Of a DNA stretch of 64,000 nucleotides, positions 12,317 to 22,572 are shown in pieces (within the stretch, counting starts at the first letter, position 1; each line of letters opens with the position of its first letter). Made by a program: the position numbers and the translations under genes. A model generated the notes under the pieces. The model was not told where the DNA came from. It saw nothing but the letters and a program-made list of their open reading frames with translations, and did not search any database. Source of the DNA: Deinococcus sp. (GTDB lineage: Bacteria > Deinococcota > Deinococci > Deinococcales > Deinococcaceae); assembly GCA_965261005.1 (NCBI GenBank), contig OZ253375.1, forward strand, positions 2,016,001 to 2,080,000, in the 5' to 3' direction.

Positions 12317-12969
12317 GGGACGCGGTAGCCCAGCCCGCGCGAACTCTCGATCACGACCGGCGCCAGCTTGCGCCGCAGGTAGCTGACGTACACGTCCACC
12401 ACGCGCGCCTCGCCCATGAAGTCCGGCCCCCACACCCGTGACAGCAGCTCCGCTCGCGTGAACCACCTTCCCTTGGAGAGAACCAGGGTTTCGAGCAAGG
12501 CGTACTCGCGCGCCGTGAGGCCGACCGCCTGATCCTGCCACCACACCTGCCGCCGCTTCGCGTCGAGCAGGCCCGAGCCGCCGAACCCGGTGCGCGCGCT
12601 GCGCACGCCCTCGCCACGCCGCACCACCGCGCGCAGGGTGGCGAGCAGCTCGGGCAGCTCGAAGGGTTTGACCAGGTAGGCGTCCCCGCCGAGGTCGAGG
12701 CCCTCCACCCGGTCTTCGAGGGCGCCCCTGGCCGTCAGAAAGACGATGGGGGTGTCCTGCCCCTCGGCGCGCAGGCGGCGCGCCAACTCGAAGCCGTCCA
12801 CGCCGGGCAGCATCACGTCGAGCAGCAGCGCGGCGAAGCCCCCTTCGCGCGCCGCCGCCAGGCCGCGCACCCCGTCCGCCTCCAAGCGGACCTCGTGCCC
12901 CACGTCCGTCAGCGCGCGGGCGGTGGGCCGCGCGATGCGCGCGTCGTCCTCGACCAGCAGCAGCCTCAT
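12313..12969 (-). CDS. OmpR-family response regulator
   Basis: LLVEDD, LDVMLPG, YLVKPF, winged helix [12 protein letters not shown]. Confidence 0.95.
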   Translation of the reverse strand: MRLLLVEDDARIARPTARALTDVGHEVRLEADGVRGLAAAREGGFAALLLDVMLPGVDGFELARRLRAEGQDTPIVFLTARGALEDRVEGLDLGGDAYLVKPFELPELLATLRAVVRRGEGVRSARTGFGGSGLLDAKRRQVWWQDQAVGLTAREYALLETLVLSKGRWFTRAELLSRVWGPDFMGEARVVDVYVSYLRRKLAPVVIESSRGLGYRVP

Positions 12970-13177
12970 GTGGGGGTGCGCGCGAATCTCAAAAGAAGGG
13001 GCGTGTGCATCTTCCCAGGCTACGTGACCCGCATCAAACGGGCGTAAGAATCCCTTCTGAGACGATGTTCAGGCGGCCTTAAGCGCCGGGTTTCTCTTGC
13101 ATTCGTCTAACCGAGCGTTCCTAACCTTCTGACGGATCGCGCCACAAGGCGCGGACAATCTCACAAGGAGTCCCCAT

Positions 13178-13894
13178 ATGAAGAACATCGTCTTGCTCTC
13201 GGTTCTGCTGCTGTCCCCATCCCTGGCGCTCGCCCAGAATTCTGCCCAGTCGCCCGCCGGGCAGGTGCCGTCCACCAACGTCAACACCCCGCAGCCCAAC
13301 GTCGGCCAGCCCACCGCCCAAAACACCAACACCACCTCGCCCTTGCCGTACAACGTGCCCAGCGGCCTGCCGAGTGCCGGCACCGAGAACCTCAAAAAGA
13401 GCGTGGACGCCCTGCAAAACACCCTGACCGAGCTGCAAGACCTGCAACTTCAGGTCAAGCAGGCCCACTGGAACGTCTCGGGCACCCTCTTCTACACCCT
13501 GCACCAGCTGTTGCAAGAGCACTACGAGGGCCTGAGCAAGTACGCCGACAAGTGCGCCGAGCGCATCCTGTCGGTGGGCGCGTCCAGCGACGGGCGGGCC
13601 ATCACCATCGTGGGGGCGTCGAACCTGCCCGAGATTCCGGCCGGCTTCATTGACGACGCGCAGGTGATCCAGTTCTTCACCTACCAGTACGAGACGGTCG
13701 GCCAGCGCATTCACCAGCGCATTGGCGACGTGGAAAAGGTGGACCCCACCACGGCCAACACCCTCCAGGAGATCGAGTACGCCATCGAGCAGTACCAGTG
13801 GCAGTTCCGGGCCTTTTTGCAGAACACCCCCAAGGACCCCAACACGGGCTTCGACATCAACAACGCCAAGCCGGTGCCGCTGCGCGGGAAGTAA
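13178..13894 (+). CDS. dps: Dps ferritin-like protein with signal peptide (Dps2 type)
   Basis: KQAHWNVSG..FYTLHQLL..D..AERI ferroxidase pattern; N-terminal signal peptide; AAGGAG RBS. Confidence 0.9.
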   Translation: MKNIVLLSVLLLSPSLALAQNSAQSPAGQVPSTNVNTPQPNVGQPTAQNTNTTSPLPYNVPSGLPSAGTENLKKSVDALQNTLTELQDLQLQVKQAHWNVSGTLFYTLHQLLQEHYEGLSKYADKCAERILSVGASSDGRAITIVGASNLPEIPAGFIDDAQVIQFFTYQYETVGQRIHQRIGDVEKVDPTTANTLQEIEYAIEQYQWQFRAFLQNTPKDPNTGFDINNAKPVPLRGK

Positions 13895-13904
13895 AGCTAA
13901 AGTC

Positions 13905-13936
13905 AGGCGGGGGAGAGAGCAAACTTTCCCCCGCCT
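13905..13936. terminator. hairpin between convergent dps and vapC
   Basis: AGGCGGGGGA...TCCCCCGCCT stem. Confidence 0.5.
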
Positions 13937-13973
13937 CGCTTTGTCTCGAACGCTTCCGCTTGCAGTTGGGTGA

Positions 13974-14369
13974 TCAGCCGAGCTTGACCAAGTCGAGATC
14001 GGTGTGGACGAAGTCTTCGCCCTTGTAGGCCAGCGGCTGCCCGGTGACCTTGGCGAGCGCGTAGCTGACACAGTCCCCGAAGTTGAGTTGGGCAGGGCTG
14101 CCCTGTCCTTTGCCGAAGCGAGCATAAGCGAGGCGAGCTTCGCGCGCGTGTTCGGCGGCGAAGGCAACGACTTCGATGTTTAAACGCTCTGCCAATTCGC
14201 CCACGTTCCCGCTGTCAAAACCGTGCTTCGCGCCGTAGACAATTTCCGTTTCCAAAAGTGTTGGGGCAGCAATGAGCAATTCTGCGGCTTGATCCAGCCT
14301 GTTCAGCGTTGCGGCGGCCTTTGGCTCTGCGAACAGAAGTTGCAGCAAGACGCTGCTGTCAACGACCAT
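13974..14369 (-). CDS. vapC: VapC PIN-domain toxin
   Basis: MVVDSS..., LNFGDCVSYALAK, YKGEDF; TGATG overlap with the antitoxin. Confidence 0.92.
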   Translation of the reverse strand: MVVDSSVLLQLLFAEPKAAATLNRLDQAAELLIAAPTLLETEIVYGAKHGFDSGNVGELAERLNIEVVAFAAEHAREARLAYARFGKGQGSPAQLNFGDCVSYALAKVTGQPLAYKGEDFVHTDLDLVKLG

Positions 14370-14617
14370 CAAAACCCCAGCAGTTCTTCTTGCTCTTGTT
14401 TGGTCGGCGCGCGCCCGCGTATCTCGGGCGTGAGCTGAGGCCACACGTGCGTCTCCAGCCAGTTGAGCGTCCGTTCGGCCCTGTTGTGTGTCTTGAGTTC
14501 CTCCAAACGACGCTCCAGGGCGACGGTAACGGCCTTGACCTTGCTTTCGCCGGTTCGTTCGAGGATGTCCTCAAGCAGTTCGGCCACACGGTCACTTTTG
14601 ATGCTGGTCTGTTTCAT
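14369..14617 (-). CDS. vapB: VapB-type antitoxin (Rv0623-like)
   Basis: SIKSDRV..L...TGESK..AV..ALE pattern; directly upstream of vapC. Confidence 0.85.
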   Translation of the reverse strand: MKQTSIKSDRVAELLEDILERTGESKVKAVTVALERRLEELKTHNRAERTLNWLETHVWPQLTPEIRGRAPTKQEQEELLGF

Positions 14618-14644
14618 GGTACTAAGGTATCAAAAATAGTACCA
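14617..14644. promoter_or_regulatory. palindromic operator of the vapBC operon
   Basis: TGGTACTA-N12-TAGTACCA inverted repeat abutting the antitoxin start. Confidence 0.6.
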
Positions 14645-14692
14645 AAACCGGCAATGGTCGAGATGACGCTCCTCCTAAGATAAGCTCTCCCC

Positions 14693-15670
14693 ATGCCGAC
14701 CATGCGCGCCCTTCAGATTCACCGCCTCGGCGGCCCGGAAGTCCTCGAACTCGCGCAGTTGCCCGTGCCGGAGGCTGGCCCCGGCCAAGTGCGCCTGAAG
14801 GTCGAGGCGGTGGGCATCAACTTCGCCGACATTCTGACCGTGCGCGGCGAGTACCTGACCCGTACCCGGCTTCCCATGACCCCTGGCATGGAGTTCGCGG
14901 GACTGGTGGACGCCCTCGGTGAGGGGGTGGACGGGCCGAAAGTGGGCACTCGGGTGGCGGCCCTGGGCGGCAGCGGCGGCCTCGCCGAGTACGCGACCGT
15001 GCCAGTCGGGGCGGTGGTGCCGGTGCCGGAGGGCCTCAGCGCCCCTGAGGCGGCGGCCTTTCCGGTCTCGTTTTTCACGGCCTACTTCGCCCTGGTGACG
15101 CTGGGACAGGCGAAGCCCGGCGAGACGGTCTTGGTGCAGGCGGCGGCGGGGGCGCTGGGCACCGCCAGCATTCAGCTCGCGCGGGCGCTGGAGTTAAAGG
15201 TGATTGCCACGGCGTCGAGCGAGGAAAAGCTGGCCGTGGCGCGCGATTTGGGCGCCGACCACACCTTGTTGTCGAACCGCGAGAACTTGGTGGACGCCGT
15301 CAAGCAGGCCAGCGGCGGGGGCGTGAACATCCTCCTAGAGGTGGTAGGTGGCCCCGGCTTTCAGGACAGCCTCGCCATGCTCGCCTTTCGGGGACGCGTC
15401 CTCGTCATCGGCGCGGCCAGTCAGGAAGCCAGCACCTTGCGCCCGGTGGAGCTGATGAAAAAGAACCTCAGCGTGACGGGCGTGTGGCTGACCTCGATGC
15501 TGGGGGACGCGGCGGCCATGCAGGGGGCGGGCGCGGCGCTGGGCGGCCTGCTGGCGACCGGCCAGCTGAGACCGCAGGTGGGCCGTACCTTCGCGCTGGA
15601 GCAGACCGGGGAAGCCTTTGAGTTCATCTTGAGCCGCAAAAGCACCGGCAAGGTGGTGGTGACGCCTTAA
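14693..15670 (+). CDS. NADPH:quinone oxidoreductase (MDR family)
   Basis: GGPEVL, GINFAD, TPGMEFAG, AAAGALG, RKSTGKVVV. Confidence 0.92.
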   Translation: MPTMRALQIHRLGGPEVLELAQLPVPEAGPGQVRLKVEAVGINFADILTVRGEYLTRTRLPMTPGMEFAGLVDALGEGVDGPKVGTRVAALGGSGGLAEYATVPVGAVVPVPEGLSAPEAAAFPVSFFTAYFALVTLGQAKPGETVLVQAAAGALGTASIQLARALELKVIATASSEEKLAVARDLGADHTLLSNRENLVDAVKQASGGGVNILLEVVGGPGFQDSLAMLAFRGRVLVIGAASQEASTLRPVELMKKNLSVTGVWLTSMLGDAAAMQGAGAALGGLLATGQLRPQVGRTFALEQTGEAFEFILSRKSTGKVVVTP

Positions 15671-15675
15671 AATTC

Positions 15676-16779
15676 TTACGCCTTAGGCGAAAGCAGCCGC
15701 AGCACGTCGCGCTGAATGGCGGCCAGCAGCCGTTCGCGCCGCAGGGCGGCCAGCAGCGCGGCGCTGACCACGATCAGCGCGATCAGGGCCAGCACGGCGA
15801 GCGCCAACAGCAGTTCTGAGCGCCACAGCCTGCTCTCCAGCGTCGAGGTGAGTTCCCCGTAGAGCATGGGAACGAATTGGCGCAAATCCCGGTCGGCCTT
15901 GGCGGCCACGCCGCCGAAGGTGTCCAAAAAGGCGGGGGTCACGGGCTGCCCCAAGGCGACGTTGTCGAGCAGTTGGGCGTGCCGCGCCGTCGAGGCGACC
16001 ACCGCGTTGCCGGCGGCGCCCACCGTCGCCGCGTGGTCCGCGCCGTCCTGAACAATCGAGTTGAGCGAGCGCGTCAGCTCACGGGTGTCGTACAGCAATT
16101 GGCCGGACGCGAAGCCGAGCCGCAGCCGGTCTTCCGGGCTGAGCGGGCGGGCGGCGAGGGCCTGGACGCGTTCACGCGAGTTGGCGACCACCTCGGTCAT
16201 GCCCGGCACGCGGTCCATCAGCAGCTCGGACATGCGGTTGGTGTCGGTCGCGGGGTCGAACACCAGCGCGGCGTTGGTGCCGATGGACAGCACCAAGTTG
16301 CGCAGCCTGTTGCTCAGAAATTGGTCGTGCGTCACGCCGGACCCCGCTCCAGCGCCGGGGGCACGCGCGGGCGTTCTCAGCGCCCCCAGGACCTGCCAAT
16401 CCTGTTGCAGCGCGCTGGCCGCCGGTGTGAGGGCCAGCGCCGGATACTGCCGGCTGAGGGTGACGATCTGGTTGACGGCTTGGCGCGCCTGCTCGGCCGA
16501 CCGGGTCCGCAGGGTGTCGGCGGCGGCCCCGGCTCGCAGGGCGTTTTCATGGACGTGCGCGGCGGCGACCAGTTGCGCGAGGGGGGACACGAAGCTCAAG
16601 CCTTGCAACTCGTGGCGAACGCGGGTCACGGCTTGCAGCTGCGCGAACGCGAACACGCCCAGCAAGACGATCACGAGCAGGTTGAGCACCAAGGCGGCCA
16701 AGCGAACGCGGTCCGTGCGCGGGCGGAGTCTCGCCGTGGGCGCGGCGGGTGGGGGCACGTGATCGCTGCTCATGTCCAT
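15676..16779 (-). CDS. membrane protein with chemoreceptor-like extracellular domain and no cytoplasmic output domain
   Basis: TM1, ELQGLSFVSPL..., AALVFDPATD motif, TM2, then ~20-aa tail; GGAGG RBS. Confidence 0.6.
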   Translation of the reverse strand: MDMSSDHVPPPAAPTARLRPRTDRVRLAALVLNLLVIVLLGVFAFAQLQAVTRVRHELQGLSFVSPLAQLVAAAHVHENALRAGAAADTLRTRSAEQARQAVNQIVTLSRQYPALALTPAASALQQDWQVLGALRTPARAPGAGAGSGVTHDQFLSNRLRNLVLSIGTNAALVFDPATDTNRMSELLMDRVPGMTEVVANSRERVQALAARPLSPEDRLRLGFASGQLLYDTRELTRSLNSIVQDGADHAATVGAAGNAVVASTARHAQLLDNVALGQPVTPAFLDTFGGVAAKADRDLRQFVPMLYGELTSTLESRLWRSELLLALAVLALIALIVVSAALLAALRRERLLAAIQRDVLRLLSPKA

Positions 16780-16905
16780 CTTCTTCCTCCAGAACAGTAC
16801 ATTCGGAACAGTACATTCAGAAACGCTTCCGGCACACGGCGGTCCGGCACACGGCGAAATGAGACCGCAGGTAAGAACCATGTTAACTTTTCCACCCATC
16901 AGCGT

Positions 16906-17694
16906 CTACCTCAACTCATTCGTCAGCGCCCGCGACCCGAGGACGCGCACCACGAACAGCAGCGCGTAGGCGAACACGACCATCAGGGCCGCCAGGGCCA
17001 GGGCCGGCCCGAGGTCCGACTCCAGCGCGGCGTAGATCGCCAGCGGGACGGTGCGCGTCGTTCCCGCCAGCGAGCCGGCGAACAGAATGGTGGCGCCGAA
17101 TTCCCCCAGCGCGCGCGCCCAGGTGAGAACCAGCCCCTCCAACAAAAACGGCAAGGTCAGCGGCAAGGTGACGCGCAGGAAGAGGGCGCCTGTTCCGGCC
17201 CCGTCGGTGCGCGCGGCGGCCATCACGTCGGGGTCGAGGGCGCCGAAGCCCGCCTTGGCCGCGCGCAGGTAGTAGGGCGCCGAGGTGAACAGCGCCGCCA
17301 GCACCACGGCGGCCGGGCTAAAGGCCAGCGAGACGCCGGCCAGCGCCAGGGGCGCCCCCAACAAGCCCCGCCGCCCAAAGGCGAGCAGCAGTCCCAGGCC
17401 CGCCACCACCGGCGGGAGCACGATGGGCAGGTCCAGCAGCGTGTCGAGGGCGGTTCGGCCGGGAAAACGGTAACGGGCCAGCAGGTAGGCGACCGGCGTG
17501 CCCAACAGCGCCGCCAGCGCGGTGGCCAAGAGGCTGGTCCACAAGCTGACCCGCAGCGCGCTCAAGGCGACCGGGCCGCTCAGGAGCCGCCAAAAGCCGG
17601 CCCCGCGCCACAGCACTGCCCCGGTCGGCAGCAGCAGAAAGACAACCAGCAGCAAGCCGAGCAGGACGGGAAGGGCCGGGAGCCGGCGCTTCAC
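16906..17694 (-). CDS. modB: molybdate ABC transporter permease
   Basis: DLPIVLPPVVAG, ARALGEFGAT; GTGA overlap with modA. Confidence 0.93.
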   Translation of the reverse strand: MKRRLPALPVLLGLLLVVFLLLPTGAVLWRGAGFWRLLSGPVALSALRVSLWTSLLATALAALLGTPVAYLLARYRFPGRTALDTLLDLPIVLPPVVAGLGLLLAFGRRGLLGAPLALAGVSLAFSPAAVVLAALFTSAPYYLRAAKAGFGALDPDVMAAARTDGAGTGALFLRVTLPLTLPFLLEGLVLTWARALGEFGATILFAGSLAGTTRTVPLAIYAALESDLGPALALAALMVVFAYALLFVVRVLGSRALTNELR

Positions 17695-18458
17695 GGCTTC
17701 AAGAAGCCCCACTTGTTCAGAATGCGCTGCCCCTGCGGCGACAGCAAAAAGCGCACAAAGGCCCGCGCCGCCCCCGGCTGGCCGGCGTCCTTGAGCACGC
17801 CCACCGGATAGCGGGCCACCGGGTTGAAGCGCGTCGGCACGCCGACTTCGCGCACGTCTTTTTTCAGGTCCGGCGTCACGTCGCTGACGTAGACCACGCC
17901 CGCGTCCGCCTCGCCCAGCTGCACCTTAAGGGCCACCTGACGCACGCTGGTCTCCTCGGACACGACGTTGCCCAGAACACGCTTCCCGAAGTCCGGTCCG
18001 TAGGTCCCGCCCGCGTCCACCGCCGCCAGCATGCGGCGGGTGTAGTCGCCCACCGGCACGGCCGCCCCGGCCACCACCAGCTTGACGCCCGGCTTCGCGA
18101 GGTCTGAGAGCGTCTTGACGGTGGGGTTTCCCCCCGGCGCGATGATCACGAGGCGGTTGCGCGCAAAAACCCTTTCGTCAGTGACCGCGCCCGACTTCAG
18201 CAGCGGGTCGAACTGGGCCGTCCCCGCGCTGGCGAACACGTCGGCCCGCGCCCCCTGCTGAAGCTGGGTCAGCAGCGTCTGCGAGCCGGCGAACTGAAAG
18301 GTCGTGGTGTTGCCGCTCGCCCGGTCAAAGGCCCGGCCGACTTCCCCTAGGGCGTCCGTCAGCGAGGCCGCCGCGAAGACCGTGAGGGGGGCGGCGCCAG
18401 CAAGGCTGGATAGCGATAGGGTCAGCGACAGGGCAAGCCAGGTCAGGGCCGTTTTCAT
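17691..18458 (-). CDS. modA: molybdate-binding periplasmic protein
   Basis: VFAAASLTDA, FAGS, ADVFASA, GEADAGVVYVSD; signal peptide. Confidence 0.93.
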   Translation of the reverse strand: MKTALTWLALSLTLSLSSLAGAAPLTVFAAASLTDALGEVGRAFDRASGNTTTFQFAGSQTLLTQLQQGARADVFASAGTAQFDPLLKSGAVTDERVFARNRLVIIAPGGNPTVKTLSDLAKPGVKLVVAGAAVPVGDYTRRMLAAVDAGGTYGPDFGKRVLGNVVSEETSVRQVALKVQLGEADAGVVYVSDVTPDLKKDVREVGVPTRFNPVARYPVGVLKDAGQPGAARAFVRFLLSPQGQRILNKWGFLKP

Positions 18459-19606
18459 GGATGTTTCCTCGGCTGGTAGCGAACCATCAGCGGCCCGCGC
18501 GGCCCGATGGTCACGCCCGGCAGCGGGGTCGGGTCGCCGCGAAGTGGGATCAGGTCGCCCCTTAAAAACAGGCCCAGCGCCTCCGTAAGCAGCAGATTGG
18601 CCAGGTGGACGCCCAAACACAGCCGGGCGCCGCCGCCGAAGGGGAGGTAGCTCCAGGCCGGCGGGGAATCCTGCCACCGCTCCGGCCGGAACTGGTCCGC
18701 CGCGTCCCACACGTCCGGGTCGCGGCCCGACAGGTAGGGGCTGTAAAGGGCCAGTGTTCCCCTCGGCAAGTGCGTGCCCTCAAATTCGACGGGCGCGCTC
18801 AACCGCCGGCTGCCGATCCAGCCGCTGGGATACAGCCGCAGCGTCTCCTTGAGGGCCGGCGCCACCCCCTCCTGCGTGCGCCACTCGGGAAAATAGGCCA
18901 GCTGCCACAGCGCCCAGGCCAGGGTGTGGGTGGTGGTGTCGTGGGCGGCGGCCAGCGAGACGCGCGTCTCGGTCAGCCCCCCCGGCAAGCGGGCCAGGTG
19001 GGCCAGCAGGTCGTCGCCGCCCCCCTCCAGCCGCCGCCCCGCCAGGCGGCGCAGCTCGGCGTTCGTGCGCGCGAAGAGCAGCGGGCGCGGCCACATCGGG
19101 GCGGGAAAGGGGGCGCGCAGCGGGGCCAGGTAGGCGTGCAGCAGGGCGGGCGGGAATTCTCCCGAGAAGTAGGCCGCGCCCAGCATGTGGAGGGCGGCCT
19201 GGTCGGCCCAAGCCAGCGCGTCGAACTCGCCGTTCGGGCGCACCCCGTCGAGGGCGACCTTCACGCGCCCCCTCAGCGTCTCCAGCGCCCCCTTGGAAAA
19301 GGGCCGGTTCAGCTCAGCCTTGCGCGCCTTGTGTCCCGGCGCGTCGGTCAGGATCACGCCCCCGGCCAGGTGGGGCACGACCGCGCTGAAGCCCCCCGCG
19401 CTGACAAAGGTCGCGGTGTCGCCCAAGAGCCGTTTGTTCCAAGCCGGGCTGTAGCCCACCACCGCCGGCACGCCCAGCCGCAGCGCGAACAGCTTGCCTT
19501 GCCGGGCGCCCTCCTCAAGCAGTTCCAGCGGCGCGCGGCCCCAGCGCGGAAAGTGCCCGGCGTAGGGATGGGCGGCGGGGAAGGGTAGGCTTCGCCAAGG
19601 TCGCAC
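18455..19606 (-). CDS. cytochrome P450
   Basis: AAHDTT I-helix, KETLR (ExxR), [17 protein letters not shown] heme ligand; start uncertain (19606-19645). Confidence 0.9.
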   Translation of the reverse strand: MRPWRSLPFPAAHPYAGHFPRWGRAPLELLEEGARQGKLFALRLGVPAVVGYSPAWNKRLLGDTATFVSAGGFSAVVPHLAGGVILTDAPGHKARKAELNRPFSKGALETLRGRVKVALDGVRPNGEFDALAWADQAALHMLGAAYFSGEFPPALLHAYLAPLRAPFPAPMWPRPLLFARTNAELRRLAGRRLEGGGDDLLAHLARLPGGLTETRVSLAAAHDTTTHTLAWALWQLAYFPEWRTQEGVAPALKETLRLYPSGWIGSRRLSAPVEFEGTHLPRGTLALYSPYLSGRDPDVWDAADQFRPERWQDSPPAWSYLPFGGGARLCLGVHLANLLLTEALGLFLRGDLIPLRGDPTPLPGVTIGPRGPLMVRYQPRKHP

Positions 19607-19717
19607 GCCCCAAGATAGAGGGGAAGGGCGCGGCCGTGTTGCCAAACGGTCCTGTTGCTAAACTTGCTGTGCGGCGTTCGGCGTTCCAGCTCCCCCTTTC
19701 TTCCCGGCGGTCATTTT

Positions 19718-19851
19718 ATGAACAAAGGCTTCACCCCCAATTTTTTAAGCGTGCCCCTGCCTCCCCAAAGCGCGCCGGTGCGGTGCCCACATACGGTGCA
19801 GCGCGCCGCCCAGCGCGAACTGCGCAAGCTGGGGCGCCTGACCCTTCAGCC

Positions 19852-19855
<4 letters not shown>
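19718..19855 (+). CDS. putative 45-aa small protein
   Basis: ATG 19718; its stop overlaps the TTG start of the lipid kinase (TTGA). Confidence 0.4.
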
Positions 19856-20740
<885 letters not shown>

Positions 20741-20742
<2 letters not shown>

Positions 20743-20777
20743 AAAAAGCTCCCTCATTGAAGAGGGAGCCTTTTTTA
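20741..20777. terminator. bidirectional intrinsic terminator
   Basis: AAAAAAAGCTCCCTC-loop-GAGGGAGCCTTTTTT between convergent genes. Confidence 0.85.
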
Positions 20778-20779
20778 AT

Positions 20780-22102
20780 TCAGCGGCCCGTCCTGCTCCG
20801 GCCACCCCGGTTGCCGCCCGCCGTGCTCGGCGCCGGGGTTGTACCGGTGGCGGCGCGGCGTTCGGCCTTGGCCTTGGCGCGGGCGCGCTCGTCGGCCTTG
20901 CGGGCGCGAATCTCGGCGATGCGGTCGCCAATCGGCACCTCGAAGCGCTCCTGGGGTTTCGCGCGGTAATCGAAGTCGGGCAGCGTCACGCGCTCCAGCT
21001 TTTTGCCGACCGCGCGCTCGATGGCCCGCAAGTCCCCCTCCTCGGCAGGGGAGACAAAGGTCAGCGCCTCGCCGGTCAGCTCGGCGCGGGCGGTGCGGCC
21101 GACCCGGTGAATGTAATCCTCGGGGACGTTGGGGACGTCGAAGTTGACCACGTGCCCCAGCGCCTCCACGTCGATGCCGCGCGCCGCGATGTCGGTGGCG
21201 ACCAGCACCCGGTACTTGCCCGACTTGAAGCCGGCGAGCGCCTCGGTGCGCGCCGACTGCGAGCGGTTGCCGTGAATGCGCTCGGAGGGGATGCCGGCCC
21301 CCGCGAGCTTTTCGGCGAGGCGGTTGGCGCGGTGCTTGGTCCGGGTGAACACGATGGCGCTGCCGACCGCGCCCTGCTTCAGCAGCTCCAGCAGCAGGCC
21401 GGTCTTCAGCTCCTCGCCGACCGGGTAGACGCTCTGGGTGACGCCCTGTGCGGGGGCGGCTTGCCGCTCCACGCCCACCCGCGCCGGGTCGCGCACCAAT
21501 TCGCGGCTCAGCTCCAGGATGGGGGCCGGCATGGTGGCCGAGAAGAACATGGTCTGGCGCTCCTTGGGCAGCTGGCGCAACACCCGGCGGATGTCGGGCA
21601 AAAAGCCCATGTCCAGCATGCGGTCGGCCTCGTCGAGGACCAATATCTCCAAGTCGCTGAGGCGCGCGTAGGCGTGCTGCATGTGGTCGAGCAGCCGTCC
21701 CGGCGTCGCCACGATGATGTCGGTGCCATTCTGAAAGGCGCGCACCTGCGGGTTCATGCCCACGCCGCCGAACACGCTGGCGACGCGCACGCCGCTGTAC
21801 TTGGCGAGGCTCGCCGCGCTTTCCTCGATCTGGGCGGCCAGCTCGCGGGTCGGCGCCAAGATCAGGGCGCGGGTCTTGCCCCTCGGCTGGCCCGCGAGGC
21901 GCTGCAAGATGGGCAGCACAAAGGCGGCCGTCTTGCCGCTGCCGGTCTGCGCAGCGCCCAGCACGTCGCGGCCCGAGAGGGCGGGCGGAATGGACAGGGC
22001 CTGAATGGGGGTGGGCTTGCTGTAGCCCAATTCGGTCACGGCGCGCAGCAGCGGCGCGCTCAGGCCCAGGGTGTCAAAGGTGGGTTCGGTCGTGGCAGTC
22101 AT
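20780..22102 (-). CDS. DEAD-box RNA helicase (RhlE-like)
   Basis: Q motif, AQTGSGKT, PTRELA, DEAD, SAT, HRVGRTAR. Confidence 0.95.
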   Translation of the reverse strand: MTATTEPTFDTLGLSAPLLRAVTELGYSKPTPIQALSIPPALSGRDVLGAAQTGSGKTAAFVLPILQRLAGQPRGKTRALILAPTRELAAQIEESAASLAKYSGVRVASVFGGVGMNPQVRAFQNGTDIIVATPGRLLDHMQHAYARLSDLEILVLDEADRMLDMGFLPDIRRVLRQLPKERQTMFFSATMPAPILELSRELVRDPARVGVERQAAPAQGVTQSVYPVGEELKTGLLLELLKQGAVGSAIVFTRTKHRANRLAEKLAGAGIPSERIHGNRSQSARTEALAGFKSGKYRVLVATDIAARGIDVEALGHVVNFDVPNVPEDYIHRVGRTARAELTGEALTFVSPAEEGDLRAIERAVGKKLERVTLPDFDYRAKPQERFEVPIGDRIAEIRARKADERARAKAKAERRAATGTTPAPSTAGGNRGGRSRTGR

Positions 22103-22242
22103 AAAGAGCCTCTCTTGCGGCGGAGTGGGGGCGGTAAAAGGGCCGCCGCTCAGGCCGAAGAGCGGTTACGGATTGTGTGGGCCGACAGGGTGTCAGCGAA
22201 TATCAACGTTGGGGTCTGAAACGGGCGCGTGCCCGCCACAAT

Positions 22243-22334
22243 AAAAAACCGGCCTACCCTCGGCCGCTGATAGAAAAAATATAGCGCGTTATGCGGCGTG
22301 GGTCAACTTATGCATTTGAAAGCCGGACGAAAGT
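22243..22334 (-). promoter_or_regulatory. sigma-70 promoter with upstream box and 5' hairpin for the helicase gene
   Basis: On the minus strand TTGACC (22306-22301)-17 bp-TATATT (22283-22278); whole block aligns with 63617-63707. Confidence 0.75.
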
Positions 22335-22409
22335 ATGCATAGTGGGGCATGAAGCAGCACGTGCCCGTTGGCACATTCTCGCGCCACCTTCACTCGTACC
22401 GCGGACCCA

Positions 22410-22490
22410 CAGCGACGACACGACATTGACCAGCTTCTCGTCGACCTTTTCGCCCCCTGATCATTTCGTCCACATTCCAGATGCAGCTGG
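22410..22490 (+). repeat. ~80-bp direct repeat, copy 1 (copy 2 at 23816-23895)
   Basis: CAGCGACGACACG..CTTCTCGTCGACCTTTTCGCCCC(C)TGATCATTTCGTCC..GATGCA present on both sides of the GNAT gene. Confidence 0.85.
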
Positions 22491-22572
22491 ATTGCGAACG
22501 AAAGTCTGTATACTCAGAAAACATTCAACGTGTGCAGGAGGGATCACACTAGACTGGAACAGAATGTCCCGC

